From Octopus bimaculoides (Eukaryota): a DNA stretch of 63,550 bases. The DNA lies in assembly GCF_001194135.2 (NCBI RefSeq), contig NC_068993.1:17126073-17189622 (forward strand), written 5' to 3'. Position numbers and translations under genes: made by a program. This document shows positions 13,001 to 25,089 of the stretch, piece after piece (the first letter of the stretch is position 1; each line of letters opens with the position of its first letter). The notes below the pieces were generated by a model. It searched no databases and was not told the DNA's origin. It saw nothing but the letters and a program-made list of their open reading frames with translations.

Positions 13001-16000
13001 CGCATTAGATGATTTTTTTTTTCTGTCGACAGCCTAGTGTTAATTTCATTCTGGTTTCTGGTTTCATCAAATCACTAAAGTACTCGCCGATGTAAAGGGA
13101 CGCAACTCGATGCACTGTTTTGCTGTAATGTACATACAAACATTTTATGTGTGTGTGTGTGTATATATATATATATGTGAATATATAGTAGGCTCAGGCG
13201 TGGCTGTGTGGTAAAAATCTTGCTTCACAACCACATGGTGTTGGGTTCAGTCTCAATGCATGGCACCTTGGGTAAGTGTCTTCTACTATAGCCTCAGGTT
13301 GACTAAAGCCTTGTGAGATTTGGTAGACGGAAACTGAAAGAAGCCCGTTGTGTATATATGTATATATATATTTGTGTGTTTGTTTGTCCCCCACAATTGC
13401 TTGACAGCTGGTGTTAGTGTGTTTACATCTCTGTAACTTAGCGTTTCGGCAAAAGAGTCCGACCGAATAAGCATTAGGCTTCAAAAAATAAGTCCCACGG
13501 TTAATTTGTTGGGCTAAACCCCTTCAAAGCGGTGCCCCAGCATGGCTGCATTCAAATGACCAAAATAGGTAAAAAGATAAAAGATATATATATATAAATC
13601 CACCAACCCTCACCTATTTCTAAGCAAGATAATGTTTTCCCATGACCAAACAGAATTTTGTTAAGGAATGACACTGCTTGTATAACTGTGACAATCATTT
13701 TGCAACTACTACATCAAGGCAAGGAGACAAAAACATACACATACATATTCTTATATATATACATACAGGCATGTGCACACTCACACACACATGATAGCCT
13801 TTTTTCAGTTTGTATCTACCAAATCCACTCAAAGCTTTGGTCAGCCCAGAGCTGTTGCAGAAGACGCTTGCCCAAGGTTCCACACAGTGGGACTGAACCT
13901 AGGAACTTGTGGATAGGAAACAAACATCTTAGCACAAAGACAAACACTTGCACACTGCAACTATAATTTATCAACTTGCTACAATATGATATACACATCT
14001 TTACCCAACTATTTTATATAACAATATCTTTGTAAGACCTATGTTATACAATCAATTAATTATGTTAATTGATTATAGTGTATTTGATCAACCAATTATA
14101 ATTATTCATACATGTTTTTCTGTTACAACTTCAGAACCTCTTGAAGCTCCTTCAGGCATGAACTTTGGTGATATCACAGATAAATCTTTACTGATAAACT
14201 GGGACGCAATGAAATGTGAAGAATCTCCAACTCAGATTATTGAGTATCTCATTCATTATTGCCCTATAAACTCTTCGAAAACTTGTCATGGTAAGTGACT
14301 CTGCTTTCTTAGTCCCCTTGCTTTCTTCGCATTAAACATTTGTTTTTAAAATGCAGGGATGGGGGTGGGGTGAGAGGGTCCATAATCAATTATTGAATCT
14401 TTCTTTAAGCAAATTTAATATTGTTGTGGTTGTTTGTTGTAGTTTAGCAACAAGTCGGCCCAAGATTGAGTAGATCCATGAGCAGTCGTGTTCCAGCCAA
14501 AGCTACCCCCATGTTAATTTTAAGCATAATACCTTTAGGACCTCAGGGGATGGTGGTGAACCCTGCTGTACTCTTTCACCACAACTTTCTCTCACTCTTA
14601 CTTCCTGTTTCTGTTGTGCCTGTAATTCAAAGGGTCGGCCTTGTCACACTGTGTCACGCTGAATATCCCCGAGAAGTACGTTAAGGGCACACGAGTCTGN
14701 NNNNNNNNNCACACTGTGTCACGCTGAATATCCCCGAGAAGTACGTTAAGGGCACACGAGTCTGTGGAGTGCTCAGCCACTTGCACGTTAATTTCACAAG
14801 CAGGCTGTTCCGTTGATCGGATCAACTGGAACCCTCGACGTCATAAGCAACAGAGTGCCAACAACAATATAAAAGCACATGATCTAGTGACAGGTGTTGC
14901 ACTTATGATCATAAGATTGTGATTTCAATTCCTAGACTGGATCGTACATTGTGTTGATGATCAAAATACTTCATTTCACGTTACTCCAGTCCACTCATCT
15001 GTAAATGAGTACCAGCAATAGCTGTGACAGGCTGGCGTCTCATTCAGGGGAAGATGTCATAATTAAAGTTATAACAATTATTTTTACCTTTAGCACAAGG
15101 CCATAAGTTTGAGCCAATTCTGTACTCAGATGTTATTTTATTTACCCTGGAAGAATGGAAGACAAATCTGATCATGGCAGGATTTGAACTCAGAAAGGAA
15201 AGAGACAGAATTATGCCTCTTCTTTCTGAGACATTAAGACATCATTTGAGGATGTTGCTGCTATTTCTAGCAGGCTGAGTAACAGCTTTCTCTTTGTCTC
15301 ATTCTCAAAGTGTCACCCATTATGCGGGGTGGCAGCAATAATGAAATCCTAATAGCTAAATGTTAGAAGGCCTCCTCATGGTTGCTTGATCTGCTAAAAA
15401 TAGCAGTGAAGCCTCTCTCAAATGACACTCCCTACCACCATGAAATAAAAGCAGAAGAATACATAGGATAAACATTATTCAAGACACAGTATGTTTGCAA
15501 AAAATAGTTTCACTGCATGGCACTTTGGGTGAATGTCTTCTACTATAGCCTCGTGCCAGCCAAAGCCCTGTGAGTGGATTCAGTAAAAGGAAACTGAAAG
15601 AAGCCCGTCATATACAGAGTCCACCAAAAAAATGTATACACACTTCAGGAAAGGAACAAATCTGTATGAATGTTTTAATTCAGTGTAATTGCAATTTATT
15701 CTGTGTTATGTTATTTTGTTAAAACACCAAAAGAAGTATCTATATTTATAGAGGTACTTATACAAGTTAAATATTTATGCAGATTTGTCCTTCCTTTCCA
15801 GAAGTATGTGTACATTTTTTGGCCAAAATCTGTATATGTATATATATCTGTGTGTCTGTGTTTGGAAAGACATTAGGATGTCATTTGAAGAGGTTGCTGC
15901 TCTTTCTAGCAGGTTGAATAACCACATAGAGGCTTCCACTTTGGTTCATTCTCAAAGTGTCACACATTATGGGGGTGGCAGCAATAATGAAATCCTAATA

Positions 16001-17174
16001 GCTAAGTAGTTGCTTGATCTGCCTCTTGACAACTGGTGTTGGTGTGTTTATATCCCCATAACTTAGCAGTATTGTAAAAGAGACCAGTAGAATCCTATTT
16101 TATCAGGCTTAACAAAAAATAAGCACTGGGGTTGATTTATCTGGCTAAAAATTCTTCAAGGTGGTACCCCAGCTTGGCCGCTGTCTAATGAATGAAACAA
16201 GTAAAAGATGGTTATGGCTGGGATGCCTTTAATTACAGATTTGCTCAATTACAGCTGACCTGGGCTAAACAACAACATTAACAGCTGGAAATAAATGGAG
16301 CATGAAGCATAGATTTTATCTGATAGAGCAAGAAATATTGTAGAAGTGTGTGCTACAATCCCTTAGAAAAAAGGACAAAGAAAGGGAGAACAGGGTGAGG
16401 TGAGAGGGACGATAGAAAATGAAAATAAGGGAATCTATAGTCATGAAGTAGAGGCTGTTAGCAATCCAAGTAATTTTAGTATATAGCTTACATACAATAC
16501 TGCTTATTAAGAGTTACTGCACTCTGTTCTTCATGCTCTGATTAACAAAACAAAATTACCAAACTCATTATAGAATCAATTTGCTAATGGCTGTTGGTAA
16601 ATGTAGTTGGGATGGTTCAAAAGCATTGTTGGCCAGATTAACCCAGCTTTGGAACACAGTGAAATAATTGGCATACAGATATGATAATGATGACGACGAC
16701 AGCAGCAACAACACAATTGTGATGATTGTCATAATGATGGTGATAATGATGATGATTAATAGTTATTTTTGGGTGGGATGGGGGCAGAAGAAGTTTAGAT
16801 GGTTTACATCTGTCTTTTATTACTCATCTGTTCTCTATTCCCCATAACAACAAAAAAAACAATGTGAACCGAACATCAAATTCACACCCCTCTGTTGTCT
16901 ATCTGCACCAATTTCTCCTCTGTCTGTGTCCATATTCTTTTAATATTTTATCAGTTTCACTCTCTGGACTGCAGCCGTTCTTGTGCTCCACTTTCAAGGA
17001 TTTTAGTTTGATTGTATCAACTAGTAGCACTAAGTATGGTACTTATTTTGTTGAAAGATAGGTTTGCTTTGAGTTACTTCTCTTTTAAAGAGTAACTAAA
17101 TTTACACGACACATACACAAATGTATGTGAGTGTATATACATGCATATTCATATGTGTATGTTTACACACATAA

Positions 17175-17205
<31 letters not shown>

Positions 17206-18280
17206 GTCTTTGTATAGAGCCTGATGAGCTGTCCACAAAGCTGCAGCTTTCATGGATGTGAAACCATTGGTCAATCTATGACCAGATTTTAACTTTAGTG
17301 CTTTAATAATATGAATGTGGAGTAGATTATTCTTAACAGTGAATCTTTAAGTACATGAGGAGGAGACCCCCTTTGGTCTTGAATGACCATGGGATTGCAC
17401 CTTGAAAGTTACTCTCCAAGGCACAAGTCCAGGCAAGGTTGTTTTGTGGAAGGCCAGCAGTCGCCCATGCATACCAGCCTCCCCTCTCCACACCACCGAT
17501 GTTATCCAGGTGCCGCAACTCATTTCTACAGCTGAGTTAACAGGAGCAATGTGAAATAAAATGTCTTGCTCAAGAACACAATACGCAGCCCGGTCCAAGA
17601 ATTGAACTCACAACCTCACGATTGTGATCTCAATGCTCTAACCACTGAGCCATGCACCTTCACATTAAGCTATAAATAATAGCATGTATTATTTATAAGA
17701 ATTTAGAATTATTATTTTTATTTAGAATTTAGAAACCGTTTTTTCATGCTATGTTTTAGTTGAGGTGGTGTCTCATCTTGTTTGTTGTTTTCATTATGTT
17801 TTGGCTGTGTATGCTCCAGCCTTCTTCAGGTGTTTTCTGATTCACCTTAGTACCTTGCTTGGGATTGAACTCAGATCCTCTAGGTAATCGCACTGCATTT
17901 CAACACCTTCATCCGCTATGCTATGCCTATAAACAGTGTCAGTTGGAATTTTTAAGGCTTATAAATCTCCATTGATGTCTTATATCAGCACCATTCTGAC
18001 TGGATAATACAATTCTATAATTCTGAGGTGCTGTACTATGTATTAGTCAATCTCAGACAAGGCACTAAGGCTGAAGCATTCAGAGCCGAAATGTAGTGAA
18101 AACAATAATCAAGATGAGGACACTACTCTAACCAATAAATGATATATAAATTCCTCATCTCAGAAATATAGAACTGTATTCTTTTTTCCATCCAAGGGTT
18201 TCTTTAGCCCAGTAGTCTACGTACTATTGTAGCATTAGCTACTTCAAGATCGACTGTCAAAAATAGTTTATTTCATGATG

Positions 18281-18316
<36 letters not shown>

Positions 18317-19069
18317 TGATATGATGAAAAGCAGATCTGGAGAAATGTTAGGACAGAAGCTAGTAGATGTGAACTATGCAGTAAGAGGGAGAGACACTCA
18401 ACCAGACCTTGCACATCCAAGGGTAAGGAACGCAAGTACAGATTCCGAGTGAGTAACAGCACTGGAGTTTGATGAAGCAATCATATTGTTAGCAGAGAAA
18501 TGGATAAAATAATGCTATCAGTACATCTTCAGCTTAGCACCAGGTTCACTAATAGCTTGCAATTGAAATGTGGGAGATGAGAATTGTATGGAAACCCATA
18601 ATAGTCTCATAATACAAGTGATATTGTTTGTTTCCTATCTTTTCTCAAAATATATCAGGTCAAAAAAAAAAAATTACCTTATTTGGAAATAGGTAAAGNN
18701 NNNNNNNNNNNNNNNNNNNNNNNNNNNNNNNNNNNNNNNNNNNNNNNNNNNNNNNNNNNNNNNNNNNNNNNNNNNNNNNNNNNNNNNNNNNNNNNNNNNN
18801 NNNNNNNNNNNNNNNNNNNNNNNNNNNNNNNNNNNNNNNNNNNNNNNNNNNNNNNNNNNNNNNNNNNNNNNNNNNNNNNNNNNNNNNNNNNNNNNNNNNN
18901 NNNNNNNNNNNNNNNNNNNNNNNNNNNNNNNNNNNNNNNNNNNNNNATGCCATACCTTGATATTGCATGTGTGTTCTTCATTGAGATTATAATTCTAATT
19001 AGAGTAATACTTGTTCAGGGGTTTCTAGTTCACGAAGGTTTTGTTCTGTGTGTATGGATAAATATTTAC

Positions 19070-19116
<47 letters not shown>

Positions 19117-19655
19117 CACTATACACTCCTGGCAACTAGAGAATCACACCACTTCCTGTTTCGTCTCCAATTTTCATTTCTAAACTAAAAGTTCAATGTA
19201 TAGACATCAAAATGCAATTATAACTCAAATGTACTGTGTAACAATAAGAGCTGTGCTGTGCATGATAGATAGACAAACAAAATATCAATTAGTGTTTTCT
19301 TTCATACGGTGTTGGGTTATGAGATGAGCTTAGGTATATCTGCTCTTTTCATATGGTCACTTAATGCATTGAGTGTGGTGTTGTGTGTGTGTGTCTGCCA
19401 GTAACACCATTAACCTTTTATCTCTATCTCTCTCTTGATATATATATATATATGTATATATATATATGTATACACACATACATACATACATACATACATA
19501 TATATGTATGTACACATGTACACACGCATATATACACATACATAATATAATATATAATATATATAATATATATATTACATATATAATATAAACAAAATAT
19601 TGTATTATTTGTATATATACATATATAACTAATACTATATCTGTATATATGTGTT

Positions 19656-19714
<59 letters not shown>

Positions 19715-19875
19715 ATTGAGAGAGAGAGAGAAATTGGTAGACAGATGTTATATGCATGTATGTGTATGTATGTTGTATGTATGCTCTTCTTTCCTTTTCT
19801 TTAGCTATATTCATCACTAGTCACCCCCTCTCATTCTTTTTCTTTCTCCATACTCTTCACCTTTCACAATTTCTA

Positions 19876-19920
<45 letters not shown>

Positions 19921-22900
19921 GCATGCACACACTTGGACATACATCCATACATAATTTTCATGAAAATATTCAAATTGCCTCTTCTTCAGTGATTGAAAAG
20001 TAAACCTATTCTAGCTATGTTAAGCCTCATTAGATCTAAGATGAAAGAAAATATAATTGGAGAGAGAAATAAGTTTTATAACTAAATATACTGAAGCAGA
20101 ACATTTATGGGAATGGCAACCTACAAGATTACTATCTTTTTTCCTTTTATCAAATATACATCAAATTACATCTCTCTTTCTCTCTCTCTCATATATATAT
20201 AATGTTCATATCAATATATGTGTGTACTTGCTTCTAAAACCATACATTGTATGTTTGTGTGTTTGTCTGTGGATATGTGTGTGTGTAATATTTGACGTTT
20301 TTACACTCTGTATGTAATCATGTAATTCAAGATGTTTTCATTGATTCTTGGACCAAATGGTTTTTTTTTTAATTTGATAGTCTTTAGTGGTGATGGTGGT
20401 TGTTATTGTTGTTGTTTAACACCAGTTTATCCCTGATCAAGCTATTCTGTGTTCAAAGGTGTTCCAGATGTGACCAAGCTGTCTTTTCCTTGTTTTAGAC
20501 ATTGTGCATATAGGACTATATTAATTTTTGACAGTAGAATAAACTAATTGCATATAGGTTCAGACATAGATTAGGCATAGGCGTGGTTGTGTGGTTAAGA
20601 AACTTGCTTCCTGACCATATGGTCTTGGGTTCAGTCTCACTGTGTGGCACTTTGGGTAAACATCTTGTCCTGTAACCCTAGTTCTACCAAAGCCTTGTGA
20701 GTGGATTTGGTAGACAGAAACTGAAAGAAACCCATCATGTGTGTGTGTGTACTCGTGTTGCCATTATAGTTGTAAATGAACATCACCATCATACAAGTAG
20801 TGTTCATTTCCAGTCTTCCATAGAAAACATATCTGGTCATGGAGAAATATTACCTTGCTTAGACACAGGTGAGTGTTGGTGACAGGAAGGGCATCTGGTT
20901 GTAGAACATTTCCCTCAACAAATTCTGTCTGACCTAAGCAAGCGTGGAAAAAGAAAAATAGACGTTAAATGAGGAGGAAGAAGACTGTTTATTTGGTATA
21001 CTGGTGTTTGGAACATAGCTCTGAGATAAAATTATGATGTTAGGTGGGTTTGAATCAGGAAAAAAAAACTAGAGGGTGAAAAGGGTTAAATCAAAAGGGC
21101 TCAATATATGACATTAAATGGATGATGATGATCAGCAGCAGCAGCAGCAGCATCTTCAATGATCTCGTTTGTTTGTTTTTATGTAAGTTTCTGAGTCATA
21201 AGTTTCCAATCAACCAATCATTGTATTTTTGATGTTAAGAGTTTGAGTGAATATCAGTGCCAGTCAGAAAGAATACATTCTTTTTCTTTTTTTTTTTGCT
21301 CACAACCAGTGTTAGTGTGTTTACATCCCTATAAGCTAGCAATTTGGCAAAGGAGACCTGTGGAATAAGTACTCGGCTTTAAAAGAAAATGAGTATTGGG
21401 ATTAATTTATTTGAGTAAAATTCTTCAAAGCTGTGCCCCAGTATGGCCACTGTCTAATGACTGAAACAAATCAAAGATAAAAGATACAGGATTTAAACAA
21501 CAATGCTACAGGGTCTTTTATTCTTTATTATTTCTTGACTTATTGTTTCATGTTTGTTTATTATTATTTTTTTTTTCTATTGAAGGTCCTGCTAGTGTGG
21601 CCCATGTCAGAGGCAATGATACCAGTTACATCCTAACGGATCTTACCCCTGGGCTTCAGTATCGAGTCTGGATGCAAGCTGTGTCTCCTGCTGGCGAAGG
21701 GCCAGTGAGTTTACCCATATTCAGCGTGGTTGTTAACGACAGTAAATATTCTTTAAATTTTTTTTACACATATAATTATCTTTATCTCATCATCATCATC
21801 TTCGTCATCATTGACTTCCTCACTTCTGTCTTCATTCAACTAAGAACCCAACTATCATCGCTTTCCAGTTTTCAGACTGACCACCAACCAACCCTTTTAT
21901 AAGATCTATGCTTTAAGCATCATCAAGCATAGAGAAAAACCTCTATGCGGTTACAGAGCATGCTAAAAATAGTAACCATATATCCCTCAAATTGCACACT
22001 ACCATCTTAAGAACAGATAAACACATTACATAATGATTGTCTTACACACCCCTTGAAAATGCGAAAACCAAGGCTGAAATATCTCTTATTTTAGATCCAT
22101 TTGATCAGAGTTAATTGGCCTACAGTTAATATCCTCATCATCATCATCATCAATATTTTATTTACTGCACTTCATTGTTTGTATCCATCACTAGCCATGT
22201 CGACACCCAAATACATAGTCCAAGTAAAAGCTATAACTGGAATGTAATATTACGTGTATATATGGAAGACCAAGCAAAAATATAAAGTATCACACATGAC
22301 AAACTGCCTATTAATTCTTAGGTGAGAGGCTGCTTGGGAAACCTAAGTGCTGTAAGCATTGCTCTTATAGGCACAGACATGGCCGTGTGGTTAAGAAGTT
22401 TACTTTCCAACCACATGGTTTCAGGTTCAGTCCTATGGTGTGACACTTTGGACAAGCGCCTTTTAACTATAACCCCAGGCTAACAAAAGATCTGGTTGGC
22501 AAATAGATCTGGTTAGCAAAAATAGATCTGGTTGGTAAAAACTGTGAAAACTGTTATATATGATTGCATATGTGTGTACGTTTTTGTATTCTTACAATGA
22601 TGCAGACAAGCTCAACTCCTCGTCAGTTGTTGGCCAAATATCGAGCATGTGTGTGTGTGTGTGTGTGTGTGGCTGATTACTTAAACTACTTTTTCACCCA
22701 TCATGTTATATTGTTATCAACTTGCATTCACTCCCCATTTCCATTGCTTTCTCTTTACAGAGCTCACTTCTGAAGCTATTGCTGCCATCATTATCTCAAT
22801 CATTATCTTAATCTGCCTCATTCTCAGCTGCATATGTGCAGTCAGGTAAATACTTTGTCTTGCTTCTTCTTCTTCTTCTTCTTCGTCTTCTTTTCCTTCT

Positions 22901-23212
22901 GTTGTTGTTGTTGCTACTGCTGATAATGCTCTCTTGTCGATGTGTCCATTCAGAAGATTTGTCAATACCCTCTTAATATGTTAATTCTGTGGTGGTGTCA
23001 TTACGTTTATATTTCCCATTACACGTTTACATGTTCGACATCCACACTTCTCCTTTGCTGTTTTCACTTTTACTCACTTGCACGCACACTGCAAACCCTA
23101 CTGTTCTTTCCTTTTCCCGTTTGTTGCAAGAGGAAAAGCTTTATCACGTTTGTGACAAATGTACATCATTTTACTCATTCACTGGGATCCATTGTGTGTG
23201 TATGTGTGTGTG

Positions 23213-23249
<37 letters not shown>

Positions 23250-23537
23250 GTACACTCATACATTTGTTAGGAATATAAATTTAAAATAATGAAATGAAAA
23301 GAGGGTAGGTTGTGCTTATGTACATGTTGATATTCTTCTACTTGTTTCAGTCATTTGACCATGGAGTCATTTGACCATGCTTTAGTTGAGCAAATCGACC
23401 CCAGGATTTATTCTTTGTAAGCCCACTACTTATTCTATCGGGCTCTTTTGCTGAACTGCTAAGTTACGGGGACGTAAACATACCAGCATCAGTTGTCAAG
23501 CAATGTTGCGGGGGGCAAGCACTCAAACACATACACG

Positions 23538-23576
<39 letters not shown>

Positions 23577-25048
23577 GACGGGCTTCTTTCAGTTTCCGTC
23601 TCCCAAATCCACTCACAAAGCTTTCGTCGGCCTGAGGTTATAGTAGAAGAGTAGAAGATACTTGCCTAAGGTGCCACACAGGGGAACTGAACCTAGAACC
23701 ATGTGGTTGGTAAGCAAGCTACTTACCACACAACCATTCCTATGGTTCATATCATATATAATATGATATGGTATAATATCATGTAATATCTGAAGAAATG
23801 GGTATGGTTTTAGTATAGCTATGTTAACCCTTATGACTCTAGAGATGGCAGTTTGATATTAGAAATGAGCAGCAAAGTGACAGGATTCAAGCCATATTTC
23901 TCTCATTTTCCAAAGGTACTTACCTACTAAAAATAACTTGTAGATAACCTTCAAACAATATCTTATTGTCTTAAAAAGCGAAGGACATATTGAATAATGT
24001 AGATGAGATGGTCACAACTGGAATGTTTTATCATAGGTCTGCTTGATAATGGCAGATTTGGGACTAAACAATAGGAACAACAATAAGCAATTAGCCCATA
24101 TTAATTGCATTGTTTTCCTCTCACAAAGACTCTACTCTCTTGAAAGCATTCATGTCAGCAAGTCTTTAGTATAACAATATTTTTTTTTTCTCTGCTCAAC
24201 TCTTTAACATTCAGATTACTCTGTCGAATGTAATGCTTAGTTACTCACTTTGTTTTGGATTAATCATGCATTATCTCATAGCATTGAGATTTTGATGATT
24301 TGATTGTTTACTATTTGAATTACACTGTAGGGTAGGTGTGAGAGGCCAGATCTGGTTTGTTTGAACTAATAGAATAGTTTATCAGATATGGCCAGTTTAA
24401 AAACCAAAAACCCTGTCATCTTGTCATATGCCTGTCATTTACCATTATCTGAAAAAGAAGCACACTCTAAAGAATATAGTAGTAATGTATTTAAATGCAG
24501 ATAAATATATGTCTGGTCATAAAGTGACCAATAGTTTTGCATCAATAAAGCACTTAGCTTTAGGGACAACTCATCAGACTCTAATGGCAGAGGGCATATC
24601 TCTGATCATATTTTTGATCATGCCCTCCATCATTAGAGTCTGATGAGTCATCCATGAAGCTAAGCACTTTATGGATGCAAAATCATTGGTCACTCTATGA
24701 CCAGACAGATATTTAACTGCATATAAATATATACATATATATATATAGGAAAAATAGAAAATGAAGACAGATGCTCAAGATGTTATTAAACCATCTATAT
24801 CTTCATATCTCCTACACATGTTTTGATGGATGCATCCAAAATACATCCAGCAGGAGATATGAAGATTTAACGATTTAATAACATTTAATAACATCTTAAG
24901 TGTTTGTTTCCATTTTCTTCTTTTCCTATTTTTCTCCTAAATATGTCTTGCTTGTCCCCAGATTCAAGTCTCACACAAGTGTGTCCATTGTTTCCTAGGA
25001 TACTTAAGCAACATTTAGCTTCCTTGGAAGTATTCCCTTGGATCTTTC

Positions 25049-25089
<41 letters not shown>

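Noticed and set aside
14641-14765. Tandem duplication within a family B SINE
   Set aside because: The two copies flank a 10-N gap, which is a typical scaffold-overlap artefact.
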